A stretch of DNA of 64,000 nt, from the NCBI GenBank assembly GCA_963801815.1, contig CAWDGJ010000002.1:736001-800000 (forward strand), written 5' to 3'. A program made the position numbers and the translations under genes. How positions within the stretch are numbered: the stretch's first letter is position 1; every line of letters starts with the position of its first letter. Under the pieces are notes generated by a model. It was not told the origin of the DNA. It ran no database searches and saw nothing but the letters and a program-made list of their open reading frames with translations. This DNA is from an uncultured Verrucomicrobiae bacterium. GTDB lineage: Bacteria; Verrucomicrobiota; Verrucomicrobiia; Chthoniobacterales; UBA10450. Positions 58,910 to 64,000 of the stretch are shown here, in pieces.

Positions 58910-59638
58910 TCAGGAAGCCGAAGTATTGGAAATCTGATCGGGGGGAGTTTCTCGCAAAGCCCTCAGCGCCATGCGCGTTAAGAGAATAAACAAAAGCACC
59001 GTGATCGCAAACGCTCCACCCCAGGTCCAATACTCGACGAGACGAGGGTGACTCCGGCCGCGCGCCAGATTCAGACCGAGCTGCCCCAGAGTTCCGAGGT
59101 AAGTATAAAGAAAAAGTCCGGGTGCGCGCCCGGCTGCCGTCCAAAGCATGTATGGCCAAAAACGGATTCTGGTTAGGCCAAATAGATAATTGAGGAGACT
59201 CGTTGGAAACAATGGGTGGAGCTGACATAAAAAAATTATTTTCCATGCGTCACGCGCGACTGCTTTTTCCAGCACCTGCAGCATTGGGTTTCTGGAAAAT
59301 TTTGCGCTCAGGTATCGTCCGCCTAACCAACGGCTCAGCGCGAATGAAACCGCTGCTGCAATACTGTTGCCCAAGAGCACGATAAAAAATCCCCACCAAA
59401 GACCGAAGAAAAATCCCGCACCAACGCTCAAGATTCCGCCCGGCAACAGAAGGACATTGCATGCGGCGAAAAGAAGCGGATAAAGGATTGCGCCTGATCT
59501 GCCCATTCCGGTGACGCGACGCTGCAGCTCCGCCACCAAAGAAATAATTGGAAAGAAGTGCGACAACAACGCCAGGCCGAGGATCACGATCGCAAACCCG
59601 GCCAACTGAAAATAGGTCGCCCGCCGACTCTCGAACAT
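58910..59638 (-). CDS. TVP38/TMEM64 (DedA/VTT) membrane protein
   Basis: LLLPG..GAGFFFG, LHPLFP..LLNYLFG. Confidence 0.88.
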   Translation of the reverse strand: MFESRRATYFQLAGFAIVILGLALLSHFFPIISLVAELQRRVTGMGRSGAILYPLLFAACNVLLLPGGILSVGAGFFFGLWWGFFIVLLGNSIAAAVSFALSRWLGGRYLSAKFSRNPMLQVLEKAVARDAWKIIFLCQLHPLFPTSLLNYLFGLTRIRFWPYMLWTAAGRAPGLFLYTYLGTLGQLGLNLARGRSHPRLVEYWTWGGAFAITVLLFILLTRMALRALRETPPDQISNTSAS

Positions 59639-59656
59639 TCCGGCAGTCTGCGCGGC

Positions 59657-61477
59657 TCAGAGACTCCGTGCAAATTCGGCCAGAGCCGTTGTCGTTTCGT
59701 AATGAAGAAACGGTGTGATCAGGTAAACGCCCGGAAAGGAATCGAACACTGCCCCAATAATCTTTTCGGCAAGTCGCCGTCCGCACGCCCGAACGCTTTT
59801 CTCGTCAGCGCACTTGCCTAACTCCGCTCGCACCGAGTCTGGAATGATAATTCCTGGAACCTCGTGATGCAGGAATTCCGCCTGCTTCGCGCTTAACAAA
59901 GGCCATACTCCGGTAAAGATTGGGATTTTCAGATGCCGTACGCGCCGATGCATCTCCTTCACGACATCCACATCGAACACCGGCTGCGTCATCGCGAACT
60001 GCGCTCCAGCTCCGACCTTACGCTCCAGGCGTTGGACCTGTGCATCCAGATTCTTTGCGTTCGGATTGAAGGTACAACCGATCACAAAATTCGTAGCTGC
60101 CTTCAACGATTTGCCGGCATGCGTGAATCCGGAATTGAGTTGTTTAATGATCGAGATCAACTCCACCGAGTTCACGTCGTAGACGGAGGCAGCTCCCGGA
60201 TGATCTCCGACTCGGGCCGGATCGCCGGTGAGCGGCAAAACGTGCCGCATGCCAAGCGCCGCCATCCCCAGCAATTCGCTTTGTAATCCCAGCACGTTTC
60301 GATCGCGACAGCTCAAATGCAGCAACGGCGTAATGTCGAACCTTTCCTTTAACATCGCGCCGACCGCCAGATTGCTCACTCGCAGAATCGCCAGTGAATT
60401 ATCAGCCAGAGTGATCGCATCACAGCCGGCTTGGACCAGGGCCTGCGCGCCTTCGAAATATTTTTGCAGCGCCAATGTTTTCGGCGGATCGAGTTCGCAA
60501 ATTACGACCCTTTTCCCGGCGGCGATCTTGTCGAGCAAACTTTCCTCCGCTTTACGCTCGATCTCCAATGGCGCGCGACTCGGTTGTGAAATCGCGTGGA
60601 CAGTTTTCGATCTAACCGGGCGAAGATCGGTAATGGCCTTTGCCACGGCCGCGATGTGTGCCGGCGTAGTTCCGCAACAACCGCCGATCAGCCGCGCACC
60701 CTGGGTCGCGATTTCGCGCGCCGCCCTCGCGAAATAATCGGGATCGGTGGGATAAACATACCGGCCTTCGGTGTAGCGGGGATATCCTGCGTTCGGATAC
60801 GCCGCCAACAGTTCGCCGGCCGGCAGTTTTTCAAATAACTGGACCATCGCTCGCGGACCATTGAGGCAATTGGCTCCCACGATCTTTGCGCCTAACTCAC
60901 GGCTACGCGCGAACGCGTCGACCAAAGGCATTCCCGACTGAAGACGCGCCTCGGGCTCGCAGGCAAACAACGAAACCACGATGCAATCGCTTTTCGGAAC
61001 TGCTCGAAGAGCGATCTCCATTTCTTCGAAATTCTGGAACGTTTCGAAGAAGATAAGATCGACATCTTCCTCGATCAGTGCCGTCACTTGCTCGCGAAAA
61101 CATTCGCTTCGATCGATTCCGCGCTCTTCCGCTTCGTGGCCGCTGATTCCCAGCGGACCGACGCTTCCTGCGATGCAAATTTCTTTCCCGGCGCTAGCTT
61201 TTCGCGCCAAACGCGCGGCCGCTTTGTTGATTTCAACAACCCGGTGTTCCAATCCGAAACGCGACAGCCGCACTGAATTAGCGCCAAACGTATTTGTCTC
61301 GATCACGCTCGCGCCCGCGGCGACATATTCCCGATGAACTGCCACAATACGATCCGGGGCGCTCACGCAGAGTTCTTCCAGGCAATGATCCACGGGTACA
61401 CCGCGATCGAGGAGTAGCGTACCCATCGCGCCGTCGCCGCAGACGACCCGCTCTTCCAGTTTGGCCAGTAAATCCAT
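59657..61477 (-). CDS. Bifunctional homocysteine S-methyltransferase/methylenetetrahydrofolate reductase (YitJ-like)
   Basis: DGAMGT, ETNTFGAN, IGGCCGT; ELDPPK, HLSCRDRN, MTQPVFD. Confidence 0.92.
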   Translation of the reverse strand: MDLLAKLEERVVCGDGAMGTLLLDRGVPVDHCLEELCVSAPDRIVAVHREYVAAGASVIETNTFGANSVRLSRFGLEHRVVEINKAAARLARKASAGKEICIAGSVGPLGISGHEAEERGIDRSECFREQVTALIEEDVDLIFFETFQNFEEMEIALRAVPKSDCIVVSLFACEPEARLQSGMPLVDAFARSRELGAKIVGANCLNGPRAMVQLFEKLPAGELLAAYPNAGYPRYTEGRYVYPTDPDYFARAAREIATQGARLIGGCCGTTPAHIAAVAKAITDLRPVRSKTVHAISQPSRAPLEIERKAEESLLDKIAAGKRVVICELDPPKTLALQKYFEGAQALVQAGCDAITLADNSLAILRVSNLAVGAMLKERFDITPLLHLSCRDRNVLGLQSELLGMAALGMRHVLPLTGDPARVGDHPGAASVYDVNSVELISIIKQLNSGFTHAGKSLKAATNFVIGCTFNPNAKNLDAQVQRLERKVGAGAQFAMTQPVFDVDVVKEMHRRVRHLKIPIFTGVWPLLSAKQAEFLHHEVPGIIIPDSVRAELGKCADEKSVRACGRRLAEKIIGAVFDSFPGVYLITPFLHYETTTALAEFARSL

Positions 61478-61551
61478 CGCGCTTTGCGCTTACTGCCGGG
61501 TGCGTCTCAGGTCAATTGAATCGCTACGGCAAAATCGGGAAATCGAGTTCA

Positions 61552-61581
61552 CCAGAGCCAGAGCCAGAGCCAGAGCCAGAG
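61552..61581 (+). repeat. Hexamer tandem repeat (CCAGAG)x5
   Basis: Read directly from the sequence. Confidence 0.9.
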
Positions 61582-61860
61582 AACGTTTTTAAAACGTTTC
61601 ATGTTGCTTTGTTAAGCAATGCCACAGCAACAAGCCAACAAGGTCCAATAAGTTCCAATAACTTTCATCCGCCCGTTCTCGATCGGGGTTGTGTGCACTT
61701 GTTGACACTGTTATCAACAGGTTGCTTTGCTGGGAGGTCTCGGCACAGCGCCACAGTTGTTCGCGCGAAGAAGGAGAAGAAGTATGGGTTTCTTAATTAG
61801 AAATACTAATTCTATTTGCGAACAACTCGCGCTCTTGCTGCGAATCTAAATAGCAACGCT

Positions 61861-62583
61861 ATGCTGCCAAATGTCGCCGCACCAGATCGGCCTGCCTCCC
61901 AAGGGTCGACATTTGCTAAGGTGACAGCGACGTCTAAATCATCCGACAGTTTGTTCGAGCGCGTCGCCTGGCTTTATGCGTTTTGTCGAGAACGACTGTT
62001 TCGGGACGACACGGACCGAATTATTTCGGCGCTTTGGCAAAATCAAAGTCCGCCGTCGGGAGTTCAGGTGATCGAGCTCGGCTGTGGTCCGGGATTTTAT
62101 TCAAGAAAACTGGCGCAACGATTTCCACAGATTGTGGTAACCGGCGTGGACCGCGCGGAGCGTCAGCTTTGCTGGGCCCGGGAACGCGCAAGTGCCAGTT
62201 CAGTTCAAAATTGCGCATTCAAGCGCGTGAATATCTTATCTCTGTCATGCGCGGATGCATCGTTCGACGCTTTGGTTGCTTCGCGAATCTTTACGGTGCT
62301 GCCTGAGCAGCGTCGGGCTGTGGGCGAGATGTTTCGGGTCTTAAAATCGGGAGGTCGCTGTTTCGTTGCCGAGCCGCGCTTCTTTTTTTGGGCTTCCATT
62401 CCGCTTTTTTCCATGTGGTTACTGGCAAGCGTCATTCATTCAGGCAACGGTTATCGCGAACCGATGACAGCAACCGTTCTAAACGTTCGCGCGTTTGCGC
62501 GTTTATTTGATCACTTGCCGTGGAAATCTGTTCGCATCTGGCGGGACGGGCATTATCAGTACGCGCTTTGCGAAAAAGGCTGA
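61861..62583 (+). CDS. Class I SAM-dependent methyltransferase
   Basis: IELGCGPG, EMFRVLKSGG. Confidence 0.85.
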   Translation: MLPNVAAPDRPASQGSTFAKVTATSKSSDSLFERVAWLYAFCRERLFRDDTDRIISALWQNQSPPSGVQVIELGCGPGFYSRKLAQRFPQIVVTGVDRAERQLCWARERASASSVQNCAFKRVNILSLSCADASFDALVASRIFTVLPEQRRAVGEMFRVLKSGGRCFVAEPRFFFWASIPLFSMWLLASVIHSGNGYREPMTATVLNVRAFARLFDHLPWKSVRIWRDGHYQYALCEKG

Positions 62584-63314
62584 GAATTCTGGATCCTGCC
62601 GGGCCAACGCACGCGTCAGGAAAACTCTGTGCACTGGCGGTAATGACCAAAGCTCCGCGCGCGGGTACTGTTAAAACGCGACTGGTGCCGCCTCTCACAT
62701 TCGAAGAAGCGGCCCAACTAAACGTCTGTTTTCTTCAGGACACCGCTGCGACAATTCAGCAGGCTTGTCCCGAGAGCGCCATCGGTGTTGGTGTCTATAC
62801 GCCCATCGGTTCGGAGGCTGCATACGTCGATATCTTGCCATCCGAGTTTCAACTCCTCCCTCAGCGTGGCGATGGTTTTGGTGAGAGACTTGCCTTTGCC
62901 GCGGAAGATCTCTTCCGTTGCGGCTTTTCTTCGATTTGCCTGATCGATTCCGACAGCCCCACAGTTCCCGCCGGAGCCTATGCCCAGGCGATCGCCTTGT
63001 TATCGCAGCCCACCGACCGCGTAGTGCTGGGTCCTTCGGATGACGGCGGCTATTATTTGATCGGCCTGCGGAAAGATCATCCGAAACTGTTCGAAGGAAT
63101 TGATTGGAGCACCGAACGCGTTCTGGAACAGACAAAACAACGCGCCGAAGAGCTCGCCTTGGAAGTTTCGTTGTTGCCGGCTGCTTTTGATGTCGATGAT
63201 GCCACGACATTGCAGCGTTTGTGCAACGAGTTGCTGTCAGACAAATCCCGCGCTGGCGTCGCGCCGCAAACGCGGAAATTTCTGGCCGAACTGATGGCGA
63301 AGAAGCGATTCTAA
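62520..63314 (+). CDS. DUF2064 family glycosyltransferase-like protein (start uncertain)
   Basis: MTKAPRAGTVKTRL, QRGDGFGERL, LIDSDSP, LGPSDDGGYYLIG, DVDD. Confidence 0.85.
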   Translation: MEICSHLAGRALSVRALRKRLRILDPAGPTHASGKLCALAVMTKAPRAGTVKTRLVPPLTFEEAAQLNVCFLQDTAATIQQACPESAIGVGVYTPIGSEAAYVDILPSEFQLLPQRGDGFGERLAFAAEDLFRCGFSSICLIDSDSPTVPAGAYAQAIALLSQPTDRVVLGPSDDGGYYLIGLRKDHPKLFEGIDWSTERVLEQTKQRAEELALEVSLLPAAFDVDDATTLQRLCNELLSDKSRAGVAPQTRKFLAELMAKKRF

Positions 63315-63318
63315 GCCG

Positions 63319-64000
63319 ATGGCCAGGAACCAAAAACGTGCGCTTGTCACCGGCGGCGCCGGTCTGATTGGTTCGCATGTCACGGATCTTCTCGTTCGCG
63401 AGGGATGGCAGGTGCGCGTGCTCGACAATCTCGAGCCGAATACGCATCGCCGCGGCAGACCAGCCTGGATCAACGCCGGGGCCGAATTCACTCAAGGCGA
63501 TCTTCGGGATCGAGCCACCATCACCGCCGCACTCGATAACATCGACCTCGTATTCCATCAGGCCGCTTACGGCGGGTACATGCCGGAGATTTCAAAATAC
63601 GTCCACGTCAATTCGTTAGGCACAGCCCAGATGCTCGAAGTCATTCGAGAGAAAAAACTGCCGATCCAAAAGATTATCGTCGCAAGTTCGCAAGCCGTTT
63701 ACAGCGAAGGCGCGGGCACCTGTCCGAAGCATGGCTTGGTTTTTCCGGACGTCCGGCCGGTCGAGCAATTACGGAATGGCGATTGGCAGGTGCATTGCCC
63801 GATCTGCGGCGAAGTCACGCAGAGCGCACCAACTCCGGAGAACGCACCTGTGGGTGGCGAAACCGTTTACGGTTTGACCAAACTGGATCAGGAAAAGCTG
63901 GTTTTGCTCTGGGGAAAACAAGTCGGGATTCCCACCGTCGCGCTGCGTTACTCATGCACTTACGGACCCCGCCAATCGATTTTCAATCCTTACACCGGCG
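63319..64000 (+). CDS. NAD-dependent epimerase/dehydratase (runs off window)
   Basis: MARNQKRALVTGGAGLIGSH; ASSQAVY; YGLTK; not in the ORF track because it has no stop. Confidence 0.9.
   Translation, partial: MARNQKRALVTGGAGLIGSHVTDLLVREGWQVRVLDNLEPNTHRRGRPAWINAGAEFTQGDLRDRATITAALDNIDLVFHQAAYGGYMPEISKYVHVNSLGTAQMLEVIREKKLPIQKIIVASSQAVYSEGAGTCPKHGLVFPDVRPVEQLRNGDWQVHCPICGEVTQSAPTPENAPVGGETVYGLTKLDQEKLVLLWGKQVGIPTVALRYSCTYGPRQSIFNPYTG

Noticed and set aside
61478..61550. SAM riboswitch upstream of the yitJ-like gene
   Set aside because: No recognisable SAM-I, SAM-II or SAM-SAH core motifs

Overview
Core-chromosome window of a GC-rich bacterium. The gene set (DUF5069, stand-alone DUF4032-like, TMEM14, GH75, PT-rich linkers, dnaK-groES-groEL cluster) suggests a Verrucomicrobiota/Chthoniobacterales-like soil organism; this is an inference. 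Housekeeping content: mnmE 3' end, pyrD, apbC, pyrR-pyrB-pyrC, sufCBD, lysA, gdhA, dnaK-groES-groEL, thyA, prc, amgK/murU-like pair, two APC permeases, purN, gpsA-plsY-mnmG, yitJ-like methionine gene. Accessory or unusual content: (1) a 3.6-kb integrase-less island at tRNA-Gln(UUG), bounded by a 38-bp direct repeat, carrying integron-type cassettes whose attC sites range from complete to fully collapsed; (2) a two-gene insert behind groEL encoding a membrane coiled-coil protein and a Lit/U49-like HExxH peptidase (candidate defence module); (3) many small repeats (REP-like doublets, 7/8/9-mer tracts and an 18-bp hairpin unit), several inserted in frame in proteins or nested in each other; (4) readable cis-sites: a PyrR loop over the pyrR RBS, twin divergent ECF promoters, sigma54-type promoters, an ArsR operator, parS inside mnmG and a possible oriC-like spacer. 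About ten single-base frameshifts between 4 and 33 kb hit conserved genes and are most simply sequencing/assembly errors. Family assignments come from motif recognition only; no database search was run.
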